DNA of 64,000 nucleotides from Octopus sinensis. Taxonomy: Eukaryota. The translations under genes were made by a program, and so were the position numbers. The DNA is taken from assembly GCF_006345805.1 (NCBI RefSeq), contig NC_042997.1:69440001-69504000 (forward strand), written 5' to 3'. The notes under the pieces are model-generated. The model did not search any database and was not told the DNA's origin. It worked only from the letters and a program-made list of their open reading frames with translations. Shown in pieces: positions 1 through 12,510 of this stretch (position 1 is the stretch's first letter; the number at the start of each line of letters is the position of its first letter).

Positions 1-78
1 GGAATTCTCTTCCTGACACAAACCAATTAGCAGTCTAATGGGTACGTTATACGTGGCATACATACGTATATGCACGTG

Positions 79-83
<5 letters not shown>

Positions 84-141
<58 letters not shown>

Positions 142-264
142 TTGTGTGTTGTGTATTTATATATATATACATATATATATATTATGTATATATGCATATA
201 TATATATATATACACATATATACATATATATATATATACATATGTGTATATATGTATATTATGT

Positions 265-310
<46 letters not shown>

Positions 311-337
311 GTGTGTGTTGTGTGTATATATATATAT

Positions 338-373
<36 letters not shown>

Positions 374-420
374 TGTATGTATGTATGTATGCATGTATGT
401 ATGTATGTATGTATACGGCC
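84..420. repeat. (TA)n/(TG)n/(TATG)n compound microsatellite
   Basis: Directly visible; explains the YI/IY-rich ORFs. Confidence 0.95.
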
Positions 421-746
421 TAATCAAGAGGTTGATTAAAATGTTATCTTGATTAACACCGTCAGTTGCTCCTTACGGGACAGGTATTCGGACTGTATAT
501 ACTTTTCTCCCACCGTCCCATTTGACTTGGAAGTCCGTAAGAGTTCATAGTCTTTCCATTTCTTCCTGACTAAAAAGATAAAATCAAATGTCGATATTCT
601 ACTTTCTAGAAATAACCAGAACTCCGGTAAAGAGTTGAACCCCAATAAAATTCTCTTTCACTTTTATTTTTCTTTCTTCTTTCCATCTTTCCCCATTCAT
701 TCACAATCATTCATTCCGTTCTCTGTTTGTCTGTTTCTCTCTCTCT

Positions 747-853
<107 letters not shown>

Positions 854-1123
854 TCTTCTCTCACTCTCATATCCTCGTAAATGTCTTTACGAACATTATT
901 ATACGCTTGTCAAAGAGCATTCTCAGATCAAATAATTATGTAAAGAAAGCCATAAACCTACCGCTGGGGTGACAGGGAATTTGACGATCGATCTGCCGGA
1001 TTCCATTTCCTTTGAGGACATTTTATATAGGTATCGACCTGAATGTTATTGTTATTTGTGTCTTTAAGTTTTCTTAATTGACTGGAACAGAGAGAAGAGA
1101 ATGAATCAGGGAATAGAAATCTT

Positions 1124-1165
1124 TTGATTTCACGAGCAAAAACAACAAAAATAACATCAGCAGTG

Positions 1166-1205
<40 letters not shown>

Positions 1206-1400
1206 TGGGTGTAGTAGCAACAATGACAACAACAAGAACGGTTACGACGTCGGTGATTACTTCAAGATTTTTAACAGCAAGAGCATATCCCAGCAGAAAC
1301 AATGAGGTCATACATACATACAACAACAACAGGAGTAACAGCAGCAACAACAACAATAACAGCAACAACAACAACAACAACATCAACATTACTGACCACA
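1124..1400. repeat. (CAG)n/(CAA)n trinucleotide low-complexity tract
   Basis: gcagcagca run at about 1168-1200 and caacaacaa run at about 1321-1385. Confidence 0.9.
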
Positions 1401-1404
1401 AGTA

Positions 1405-2110
1405 AGAGATGAGAGCAAGGACTCATTTGCTGAGGTGGCGGCAAAAGCGACTAAAATACCCCGAGTTGAATAGGAAAGGAAACCTCCTGGCCGAGTTGAA
1501 ACGGCATGGGAAGGTGAGTGCATCAGTTACTTACCACCGCCTGAGCGTCGTGCCTTGTCACGCTTGACGCCTGACCAGAATGGAGCATTTGCTCTCACAC
1601 ATTTTGTGGAAGGGACGTGACCCACTGGTCAGACGACCCGGTTAATGTCAGCTTCCGCGGTGTAGAAGACTGCGCATGCCGTGGTTAATAATGCGCACAT
1701 ATGCGCTGGACATCGATGAAAATCAACTGTCGGGTCTATTCCTAAGGTCTTTTAGGCCGGGTCCTATGGATAATTTCCAGAAATGTCGGACCTGGTTGTG
1801 CTACCGGTGGACATTGCCTAAGCGAAACCGTCTTGCTGTGCTCGGACATTGGTGAATTGTGGTGTTATATCGAACAGCTGCTAACACGCGTCGGACGGAT
1901 CTGGCTATGGCCTCAACTCCATTGTGAAGATCATCCCACCGTCTTCCTTTGGCCTTTAAAGGCAGGCAGCTTTCGTCTGTTTCATGGCTAAGGCGAAAGC
2001 ATCCGTGTGATATACGAGGCTGAAAGCACTAAAGACAACACTTCGGCCAAAGGTGGAAGCATCCTTTGGCCAGTGCTAACATCGAAAAACCCAACATAGT
2101 TGGAAATAAA
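1405..2110 (+). mobile_element. Degenerate Tx1/L1-clade LINE, ORF2 3' end (zf-RVT/CCHC region)
   Basis: GC-richer island. Frameshifted translations MDNFQKCRTWLCYRWTLP, CLSETVLLCSDIGELWCYIEQLLTRVGRI and SIVKIIPPSSF..AFVCFMAKAK..YTRLKALK resemble Tx1 ORF2 C-termini (recalled, not searched). Confidence 0.55.
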
Positions 2111-3580
2111 CAGAAACTGTCTTTTGCTCTCTTTAACCTCTTTCTTTTTCTTTCTTTCTTTATTTATTTATTTATTTTGAAACCATGACAATTCAGTTCG
2201 TACAAAATTATTTGCGTATAAAGTAATTGTTACCCACTCTGCTGTAAAGATTCAAAACTGGTGTCATCATCGATGTCTGATACAAATGGAAGGTTTCCAA
2301 AAACGTTGCTTTCGTAACATATTGAGGAACGGCCTGGGAGATCTACAGAAGCAGCATTAGCGTATCGAAGAGATAAAAAGCAATGACAACATTTCAGCTT
2401 TTATCACGATCGGTCATTTGATACATGGTTACAGCAGCATTCACATTATTAAACTGAACGTCATCTGCATATCCATGCCGTTGAAGGGACTAGAATGGCT
2501 ACAGGAAAAATATTTAACTCCGGCCGTGAACGTTCATGAATATATGCACAGAGTAGTAAGATGTGCACATCCCCACCGCTAGATTCCTTTTTTTTTTATT
2601 CTTTGCAACTTTTTCTATTCATCTTATAAAAACGCAGCTCAAACTTCTAATTAGAGGCAGGAGATGTATGCATCTCAAAACATAACTTCAATTTTTGCAA
2701 AACATTCATCTGAATTTGCAAGGAAATCAATGCACACTTTTGGAAAACATGAGGTACTGACAACTCCATAAGCGATCATCAGTCAAAAAACCAATGAGTC
2801 AATGTGGCTTTATGTTATAGGGATGCGTTACTATATCTATGAACATGTGGATCAAATTTTCGCTTACATTTCATCGAATTAAAAGAAAAAAGAAAATATC
2901 TAATGTACGTCTTTGCAATCATTAAGCAAACCGAAGCTCTATATGCGTAAAGAAACGGTTAAAAGCGTATTCTTTTCGGCGTCAGTCTACCTACAAGTTT
3001 TGGTCGGATAAATTAAATCGCTTTTCCCTAAAAAACGAATTGTTTAACTGATAATACGAATAAGTCCGTCTCAATTAAAGGATGCACACAAAAAAAACAT
3101 ATGGTCAAAGGGAAATAACTAATAAAAAAGTTTACTTAGTTGTCTCCCTTGCACCCTTCTGCTCCTTGCTGTTTAAATTATTTTTGATGGGTGCTCAAAA
3201 AGTATAAACACCAACGTATTTGTTATATTTTCATTATATTCTGACAGATTCGAACGTGAATGTCTGTTTACTGTTCATTTTCATCACCGTTTGACTTTTC
3301 TCTGATTACGAAAGACACCAGCAATCAGCTATCAACGTCCGAATCTGCCAGATCTTATTGAGAATAAGTAGGTACGTTTATATGTTATTTCCATTCACAA
3401 AATTGCAAGTATGATTTAATACACGCATGAGGTATATTCTGTCTGTCCAAAACATCACAGATAAATGCTATTTCACATTTCATTCAAGAGTATTGACGAG
3501 TACAATTTTTTTCACTGATCACTGGGGGATTGTTTACTTTTAAGCGACCGTACATTTAACTGACGCTCGTCTACGTCGTT

Positions 3581-3744
<164 letters not shown>

Positions 3745-4264
3745 TCAAATCCGCTGCCAATGTTTCGGTGAGTTAAAACTGTCTTTAGATATTAAAAATA
3801 CATCAAATTTTCATCCCAGATTATTGATAGTTTCTGGTTGCTCTTATCTTACTGAGATCAGATCCTTCATGGGTCTATAAAAATAAAGAATAAATACAGA
3901 ACTGGAGTGAATTTAATTGAATCTCTCCTGAAATATACGAATTAGTGCCCAGGTTATGAATGTTTACATGTAAAGTAACGAATGACTGACTTACCGGTAA
4001 TATGTGTAAAGGGAGGTAAATGAGACTGAAAATGCGAGCAAAAAGCTGATAGCAAAAATGAACCAAAGCAGGCGATGATCGAGGGTTGTTGGTGCAACTG
4101 AAATATTGACAATAACAGAGAATGATACAGATCAGTTTGTTGTGTGTTAGCAATCTTTCAGAACGATACTTATGCTGTAGTGTATATGTCTGTCAATGAG
4201 TTTGTGGGGGTGAGGGTGAGAGAGAGAGGTGTGTGTGTATGCACATACACGCATAGATTTTTTT

Positions 4265-4480
4265 TATCTTTTATTTGATCCAGTTATTTGACTGCAGCCA
4301 TGCTAGGGCACCATCTTGGAGAATTTAAAGCGGAATGTGTTGATCCCAGCACTTCTTTTTTAAAAGACTATTACTTATTCTAATCATCATGTTTGACGAA
4401 TCGCTATGTTACGGGAACGTAAACATACCAGCCACATGTTTTCAAGCGGTGTGGTGGTGGAGGGGGAACAGACCATAAAC
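4265..4480 (-). mobile_element. SINE family 1, 3' (tail) part
   Basis: tttgactgcagccatgctagggcacc...gttacgggaacgtaaaca matches the tails at 12100, 18848, 45620 and 46215. Confidence 0.7.
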
Positions 4481-4487
4481 ATGTATA

Positions 4488-4930
4488 TCTCTTATTATAA
4501 AAGGCAGATTTTATCTGCCTCCCTTTGGGAGTTATACAAATCTACAATATAGGATTTCTTCAATTACAATTTACCTAGCAGTTTTAAGAGTACAATGCAT
4601 CGCGTCATGCCAGGTCCAGTTTTTAAAATTTAAACTCCAATTAAGCAAAATTTACAGAAAACTCACATTCTGGTGTGTGTGTCAAATGCTTTTCTTAGTC
4701 TGGTTTACACCACACGAAAACGCACACACACAGTGGGCAACGAAAAAATGAAAGTAAATGTATATTTGTTTCTGTCTATCACGCTGATAGATACATGAGT
4801 AAAATGTATGGGAAGCTAACAGATAACAGTGAGTGAAAATGTTCTTGGAAGAGAGTAAATTAGCGACAGTGATTTGAGGAAGACTAAACTGAAACTATGA
4901 AACAGTGTTTATGTATAAACAGACGACACT
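4488..4930 (+). mobile_element. Possible Helitron-derived 5' segment
   Basis: Begins a|TCtcttattataaaaggcag (A|TC start typical of Helitrons); no 3' CTAG end found. Confidence 0.35.
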
Positions 4931-5262
4931 TATAAACCCTTTCGTTACCAAACCGCCCGAATTACCTATTCATATTTCAATGAGAATATCAGAGTAAATC
5001 TCTTTAGTACATTCGTGAAAACACGTATTATACTTCGTAAACACTTCAAATACAGTTTTGTACAAAAAGCGAAGTGTAATTTTAATTCCGTGAATTATGG
5101 GAGATTTTTTTCCGAAATTGTTCCTATTGTGTTTTCAAAATTTGTAATTCTGACAAAAAATGGATACGAATTTCATTATATCAAGCAGCAAGTCAGAATT
5201 CGAAGAATTTTCTACTGAAGACCTTCATAAATCTAACTCTATGACTGAAAAAAAAAAAAGCA

Positions 5263-5652
5263 TCTTTATATAAGAGTGAAGTTGTGTGTCTGTCCCCTTC
5301 GATTTACATTCGTAATTACTCCCACATTTTGCGGTGCAGTTTAACAAAAGCGGGTATCTTATAGTCGTGATTCATATCGAGCCCTTCTGGGTATTAGCGC
5401 GCGTCTACGATGAGTCACGATTTTTTTTAAAAAGTTTACCATCATATTTTTCCATTTAATGCATTTTTTTCGCTTTATATAAGGGAAGAAACTCTCTAAA
5501 AATATCTACGATGTGTCAACGATTTAAAAAAATTTACCTTAATTTTTTTTCAATTTTTAATGCATTTTTTGCTATTTTTTGGCTATAACTCTCTAAAAAT
5601 GCTTATATAGTTATTCCCTTACAAACCGAGCAACGCCGGGCGATACTGCTAG
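5263..5652 (+). mobile_element. Non-autonomous Helitron (about 390 bp), copy 1
   Basis: A|TC 5' end; 3' hairpin ccgagcaacgccggg followed by CTAG|T; near-identical inverted copy at 6315-6709. Confidence 0.8.
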
Positions 5653-5687
5653 TATATATATGTATATATATATATATTATATAATAT

Positions 5688-5770
<83 letters not shown>

Positions 5771-5772
<2 letters not shown>

Positions 5773-6051
5773 CACTCCGTCGGTTACGACGACGAGGTTT
5801 CCATTTGATCCGATCAACGGAACAGCCTGCTCATGCAATTAACGTGCATGTGGTTGAGCACTCCACAGACACGTGCACCCTTAACGTAATTCTTAGGGAG
5901 ATTCAGCGTCACAGAGAGTGTGACAAGGCTGGCCCTTTGACATACAGGTATGCCAGCTAAGTGGAATAAAGTGTCTCGCGTCGCCGGGAATTGAACTCAC
6001 GATCTTGCAATCTGAGGCGAATGCCCTAACCACAAAGCCACGCGCCCTCAC
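5771..6051 (-). mobile_element. tRNA-derived SINE family 3
   Basis: Minus strand begins gtgagggcgcgtggctttgtggttaggg (A box) and gtgagttcaattccc (B box), ends ccgacggagtgcc; homologs at 47520 and 50879. Confidence 0.8.
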
Positions 6052-6084
6052 ACACACAAATACACACATAGAGTTACGACAGAC

Positions 6085-6165
6085 CGCTATAAGTTTCCTT
6101 CTATCAAATCCACTCACAAGACTTTGATCAGACACTTGCCCAAGATGCCACGAAGTGGGAATGAA
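6085..6165 (-). mobile_element. SINE family 1 head fragment
   Basis: aaatccactcacaag...cacttgcccaagatgccac matches the heads at 12400, 19455 and 36330. Confidence 0.6.
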
Positions 6166-6174
6166 GCCGGCGCT

Positions 6175-6216
<42 letters not shown>

Positions 6217-6230
6217 GTGTGTGTGTTGTG

Positions 6231-6284
<54 letters not shown>

Positions 6285-6314
6285 ATGTATGTACGTATAT
6301 ATTATATATATATA

Positions 6315-6709
6315 CTAGCAGTATCGCCCGGCGTTGCTCGGGTTTGTAAGAGAAATAACTATAAAGCATTTTTAGAGAGTTATAGCCCAAAAATCGCAAA
6401 AAAATGCATTAAAAATGGAAAAAAATGATGGTATAATTTTTTAAAATCGTGACTCATCGTAGACATTTTAGAGAGTTACTTCCCTTATATAATAGCGAAA
6501 ACAAATTCATTAAAATGGAAAAAAATGATGGTAATTTTTTTTTGAATCGTAGACTCATCGTAGACGCGCGCTAATACCCCAGAAGGGCTCGATATGAATC
6601 ACGACTATAAGATACCCGGTTTTGGTTAAACTGCACCGCAAAATGTGGGAGTAGTTAGGAATCTAAATCGTAGGAGACAGACACACAACTTCACTTTTAT
6701 ATATAAAGA
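6315..6709 (-). mobile_element. Non-autonomous Helitron, copy 2 (inverted relative to copy 1)
   Basis: CTAG at 6315-6318 next to gcccggcgttgctcggg hairpin; GA (=TC on minus) at 6708-6709. Confidence 0.8.
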
Positions 6710-6732
6710 TATATATATATATATATATATAT

Positions 6733-6920
6733 ATAAAGGGAAAGTTTACGAAAATAAACAATAGACGAAGGCAGGTGGTGTACAAACAAACAGATGTATT
6801 AGTATAGCGCTCAGGAATAGAAAAAGTCTATTACGTTTCGACCTACGCTCTTCTACAGAAAGATACACAGAAAAAAGCAAGGAGAGAGAAAAATGTGTGT
6901 AGTAGCTAACGATCTATCAT
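6733..6920 (-). mobile_element. Penelope-like terminal (pLTR) fragment, family A, with degenerate hammerhead
   Basis: Minus strand ctgtagaagagcgtaggtcgaaacgta (core A6 mutated); homologous to 40292-40590. Confidence 0.65.
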
Positions 6921-6926
6921 ATATAT

Positions 6927-6996
<70 letters not shown>

Positions 6997-7001
6997 ATAT
7001 A

Positions 7002-7062
<61 letters not shown>

Positions 7063-7081
7063 ATATACATATATATACATA

Positions 7082-7400
7082 TTAAATAAAATCAAAATGA
7101 GAACACAAGGATATCGCAGTACACGTGTTTCAAGCTTATAAACGACCTGTTCTTACATCAGTGTATAATAGATATAAAAGATGGTTTAAAGCTCTCTTCA
7201 GCCGCATACATTGTTATTCCAAAGAGTTACATCACACCATAAAAATATGAAAAATATGAAAAGTACACGTAGTATTACCCATTATAATAAGTATATCATA
7301 TCTCCTTGAGAAAGTGTATTTGTAAAATTTCGTAACTGTATAACTGTGTAAAGGTTCATTGGATCTCGAAAATCTGTCCATACTGTATCACCAGTCAACA
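7082..7400 (-). mobile_element. Penelope-like 3' terminal fragment carrying a hammerhead
   Basis: Non-repetitive insert between microsatellites containing the hammerhead below; extent approximate. Confidence 0.55.
7116..7205 (-). ncRNA. Type I hammerhead ribozyme motif (palindromic stem III)
   Basis: GCGG-CUGAAGA-GAGCUUUAAAC...GUUUAUAAGCUU-GAAA-CACGUG-UA^CUGC; full core, stems I-III pair. Confidence 0.75.
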
Positions 7401-7627
7401 TAGAGTGAATGTTAAATAGATTTGAATGGGTTCATTCTTCTTGTAAATATAGGAAGGAAAATAGAAAGAATGGAAGAAAAATAAGGAAGAAAAGAAAATA
7501 GAGAGAACATGGAGAGAAAAAATAGAGGGAAAAAAGGGAGAAAAAAGGAAGAGGAGAAAATAGAGAGAGGAAAACGTTTTCATATTCTTAGAGTGTGCTT
7601 CTTCTGATTTGTTTTTCTAAAAACACG

Positions 7628-7711
<84 letters not shown>

Positions 7712-7720
7712 GTCTGTCTA

Positions 7721-7803
<83 letters not shown>

Positions 7804-8113
7804 CCACACACGCACACATACATATATACACTTGGTGTATGTGTGCCTGCGTGAATAATATACTAATATATATGTGCATTCTACGATACAAGTAAGAGGA
7901 TGATTTTTTTCTCTCCGAACGCAGCGTTGCTGTTAACACAGCAGAAATAGTGGGCAATATTACCTTTAAAAGGCGGAAAAACTTGTTAACAAATTTTTCT
8001 GCTTTGTAAAAGTAATTTACCCAATATTTCTGCTGTTCTAACGGCAAAACTGTGTTCGAAAAACTATCATCTTCTTATTTATATCACACACACACACAAC
8101 GACACACACGCAG

Positions 8114-8240
<127 letters not shown>

Positions 8241-8251
8241 CAACAGCTACA

Positions 8252-8650
8252 GAATGGTGTAGGAAAATTCCGGGTTACATATATTTCTTAGCGAGTGGAA
8301 CGTCGGATGTGGTAAAATCCAAGTGAGGTGTATACTGCCGGCTACTCTTCAGGCCAAGGATATCTTGATCAGCTTAAAGGCTACATTGTCATAAGGAAGT
8401 ACATGTTGATACAAAGAGGATTCAATCAGAATTAATCCTCTTTATATCAACATGTACCTCCTTGCGACAGCCCTCACATACTGTGCCCTCCATACATTCT
8501 GTTTGAATCCTTTTTGCATCAACATGTACCTCCTTTCGACAATCAAAATATACTTGGCCTGAAGAGTAGCCGGTGGTACTTGAACTTTACCACTTCTGAG
8601 GTTCCAGTCGAAATGAAACATAATTAGCCCGCATTTTTCCTACTCCATTC
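8252..8650. mobile_element. Fold-back element (MITE or inverted PLE-terminus pair)
   Basis: ccggctactcttcaggccaag (about 8337-8357) versus cttggcctgaagagtagccgg (about 8552-8572); further outer and inner inverted arms. Confidence 0.7.
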
Positions 8651-8879
8651 CGTAACTCTTGTATTCTTTTTCGCACATCGGTAACCCTGGTCACCTACGG
8701 TGGAATATAAATAAAAAGCATTTTTCTGCTCATCGTTTTTCGATAAAGAAAAATAATTTGCAACCTTCCATCTCAATAAAACACTATTATTCCTGAAAGC
8801 TATTTCTTTACATTTACTACGGATTGCTGGAAGCTAACTTTTCTCCTACACCTTGATCCCTGGATTTTACATTTGTGTT

Positions 8880-8937
<58 letters not shown>

Positions 8938-8957
8938 ATATATATTTATATACATAT

Positions 8958-8995
<38 letters not shown>

Positions 8996-9100
8996 GGAGA
9001 TGGATAAATAGATAGATATACATACATATATATATATGTGTGTGTATGTATATGTATATATACATACATATATATACACACACTCACACAAACACACACA

Positions 9101-10273
9101 CATGACAGAAGTAACTAGACATCCAATAAAACATCCTTTTATGTTTATTCTAATTTGTAAACGTATATATTTTTTTGTTGAAATTTTTATGTTTCAAGTT
9201 ATTTATGTGACTTTTTAATGAAGCTATGTACAAAAGAAACTTTGGAACTGTCTGTATTTCAAAGAGGCCGTATTGTTGGTCATTCAGAAGATGGACATAG
9301 TCAGCGTAAAATCGGAGGAAACCTTGGAATCTCGCTTTCTACAGTTAATAGAGCGATTGTGCAATTCACCAGAGAAGGAAAGGAGTCCCCATCATCTCGT
9401 CCAGATCAACCAGGGCCTTCTGACAGGACTCTTTTCTTTGCTAAGAGAAGTGTGGAAGATAAACTTCGTTGCAAAGCCTCTGACATAGCAGAACAAGTTG
9501 ATGTTAGTCCCAGAACAGCTGTCAGGTATCTCCACTAACTTGGATAAAAGATTGCGGATAAAAGATTGCGCCAGTGAGATGGTGGAGAGGCCACTAGCAT
9601 TTTGGGACACTGTCATATTTTCTGATGAGTCCACATTTGCTGACAGTGGTCGAGTATGAGCCTGGATGCTCTGTGATCAAGAATTTGATGAGGTAAGATT
9701 GCAGCCAGCAATGAAACATGGCATCTATTCGGTGATAGTTTGGGGAGCAATTTGAGGCAATAGTCGATCAGAGCTGGTGGAGTTTGAGGGAAACATAAAC
9801 TGAGATAAATATGTGTCCATATTGCAGAAAGGATTCCTAATCTTCTCTAATGGTGAAATGATTAAAAAAGATTCTTTATTTAAGGCTAAAATGACCCAAG
9901 ATTTGTTGGATGAGAATGGCATTAAAAAGCTTCCATGGCCAAGCCACTCACCAGTTACCCTATTGAACACCTGAACCCTATTGAACACCTTTCGGACATA
10001 ATGGACAGGATGCTTCGTAAAAAGAACAAGAAAGTGTCCTCAAAGCCATATCTTTTGAGATTACTGCATGAAACTTGGCAAGAAATTCCACAAGAGAATA
10101 TTCATCTGATCAGTAACATGCCTAATAGGGTCCTTGCACTGAAAAATGCAAAGGGCATGCCCACTAAATATTAAATATTCACATTATAACAATTAATAAA
10201 TAATTTGAATGTATAATTTCAGATTTAAAGAAATTTTTTATGATTTCATGGCTGTCTATTTACTTCTGTCATG
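9101..10273 (+). mobile_element. Tc1-family DNA transposon, defective
   Basis: TIRs catgacagaagtaactagac / gtctatttacttctgtcatg; HTH ORF 9218-9538; VIFSDESTF motif and LNPIEHL (9935-10174); the second catalytic D segment appears deleted. Confidence 0.9.
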
Positions 10274-10679
10274 TATGTGTGTGTGTGTGTGGTGTGTGTA
10301 CACATATATACATATATACATAAATATGTGTGTGGATGTGTGTGTATTGATGTATGTATATGTATGGACTCGGTGGATGATTGTCCAGCTGTTTGGTTAA
10401 TTGGTCAACCTGTCTATTAACATTTCTGTGAGATGCTGGTTAGAATTCCAAAGACACGCAGACGCCTGACGTAGAATCAACTTCCCATTATGTGACGAGG
10501 CTGACTCATTGAATTACAGTTATATAAATCATCTTCTAAGCACGATTCCGTGTCCTCAATTTTATTCCCAGTTTATAAATCCACGTTTATACTAATAATA
10601 AATGGCACTCTTGATTATATTAGTAATTGCGCAAGAGACAATATGGAGAAGCTAGAGTTTTCAGAACACGAAATCAACT

Positions 10680-10750
10680 AGCTCGCTAGTTTAGTGGTAA
10701 GTATCCCCACCTGTCACGTGGGAGATCGAGTTCGATTCTCCTCCGGATAG
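10680..10750 (+). pseudogene. tRNA-Asp(GTC)-like pseudogene or SINE head
   Basis: tagtttagtggtaagtat D arm; perfect anticodon stem CCCAC-ctGTCac-GTGGG; gagttcgattctc T arm; acceptor stem does not pair. Confidence 0.75.
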
Positions 10751-11254
10751 GCTTGTTATTTTAACGGTTGTGCCCCAGCGTGATCGCATCTTTAAAGTTG
10801 AAACAATTTAGAGAATTTAAAGAATTTTCCTAACATGCACGTTAGTAATAGAATTTGTAAGAGGAACAGTAAAAATATGCAAGACGTTTCTCAGAATGAA
10901 CGCGTGACATAGTTTTGTATCCTTCTCAGAATTTGGCTTTTTACATACAACAACAAATCAAATAATTAAAGTGGGAAGTGAAAATGTGTTTCTACATGCA
11001 TGCACGTAGATTTTCACAATAGAAACCCTCACCTGGTGTTACGTGGGTCGTGTCTTTGACTATCCTTACGTCAGTTAAGTTTTTCGTAATGCCATGGTTT
11101 TCGTTATTTTCTGGAAGTGTATTTGACAACTCATGGAAAGTTATGTAATCTACTTTTCCATTACCGTTATTTAAGCCGCTGTAGCCTTTGAATGAAATTG
11201 AAAATAGAAACGGGAAAAAGAAGCGATAACTAGAAAACGGCGCCTTTGAAAGTT

Positions 11255-11276
11255 GGTGTGTGTGTGTGTGTGTGTG

Positions 11277-11309
<33 letters not shown>

Positions 11310-11560
11310 CGCATGTCAGTGTGTGTGTGCGCATGTGTGTGCACGCGCGAGCGTGCGTGTGTGTGTGTGTATGCATGTATGCATGTATGCATGTATATAG
11401 GTATATGTGAGTGCATATGTATACATATATGTATATGCATATGTGTATGTATGTGTGCAAGTTCATGTGTGTGTATATTTATATCTATTTATCTATTTAT
11501 CTTTTTCTCTCCCCTTTCTCTCCCTAAATATATACATGTATGTATGTATGTATGCATGTA
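11255..11560. repeat. (TG)n/(CATG,TATG)n compound microsatellite
   Basis: Directly visible. Confidence 0.9.
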
Positions 11561-11672
11561 TGCATGTATGTGCTTCAATTCACCTTTCCGTTTAGCAATA
11601 GATTTTTGTTGGCTCAACAATATCACAAGAATATGACCAACACACAAAAATTTCATCAACATGGTTGCTTGA

Positions 11673-11727
<55 letters not shown>
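11673..11727. repeat. (TAG)n microsatellite
   Basis: Directly visible. Confidence 0.95.
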
Positions 11728-11728
<1 letters not shown>

Positions 11729-12099
11729 ACTTTCTTTATTTTTTTTGTTTGTTTTTCAAATTTTACGTTTCCGGGGTTTTTGTTCTTTTTCCAATTTTAT
11801 ATCAGTATTCTTCATAAATTCATTCTACCAAAATTTCCATCGCTACTTTTCATTTTCAATTTATGTTGTCCAATAAAGAGAACTTGTCCAGCTTTGTGAA
11901 ATAAAATAAAATTGAAGTGTTTAATCATTTAAGACAAATAGAATTTAATGAATTTTAAAATTAGTAATTATTAGAATGTCTTATTTCATTGTAATTATCA
12001 ACAATGTCATCTTATTTTTATGCAGTTATAATAATATCATCTCTTTTATACGAAGATATCAACAGAACGTCATCTCATCTATGTCTTTTATTATGTATT

Positions 12100-12342
12100 T
12101 CTTTCAATCATTTGACTGTGGCCATACTGGGGCACCTCCTTGAAAGGTTTTAGTTGACCATCATACTTGGTTCTTTTTTTAAAACTTGATATTTATTCTA
12201 TTGGTATTATTTGTCGAACCACAAGGTTACAAGGACGTAAGCAAAAACATCGGTTGTCAAGCAGTAGAGGTAGAAAAATCAGAGACCCAAAGACACATAC
12301 ACACACACACACACATACACAGAGACGTATATGCATACGTAC

Positions 12343-12403
<61 letters not shown>

Positions 12404-12510
12404 GTCCAGAGCTATAGAAAACCTCTTGCCCAAGGTGCCACGCCATGGGACAAAACCCGGAAGCATGTGGCTGAGAAGTAAACTTCTTGCCACAAGGCCT
12501 TGCCTGCGCG
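12100..12510 (-). mobile_element. SINE family 1, near full length with internal microsatellite
   Basis: Head at 12400-12510, (CA)/(TG) middle, tail at 12100-12270. Confidence 0.75.

Noticed and set aside
27-439. YI/IY, CV/HT, MYVC and LSIY-type ORFs here and throughout the window
   Set aside because: They are translations of (TA)n, (TG)n, (TATG)n and (TCTA)n microsatellites, which lack stops in some frames.
3248-3372. AG...GT-bounded segment
   Set aside because: Stops in all three frames; no other support.
4933-5215. piggyBac-like end (aaccctttcgttacc)
   Set aside because: No TTAA site and no second TIR found.
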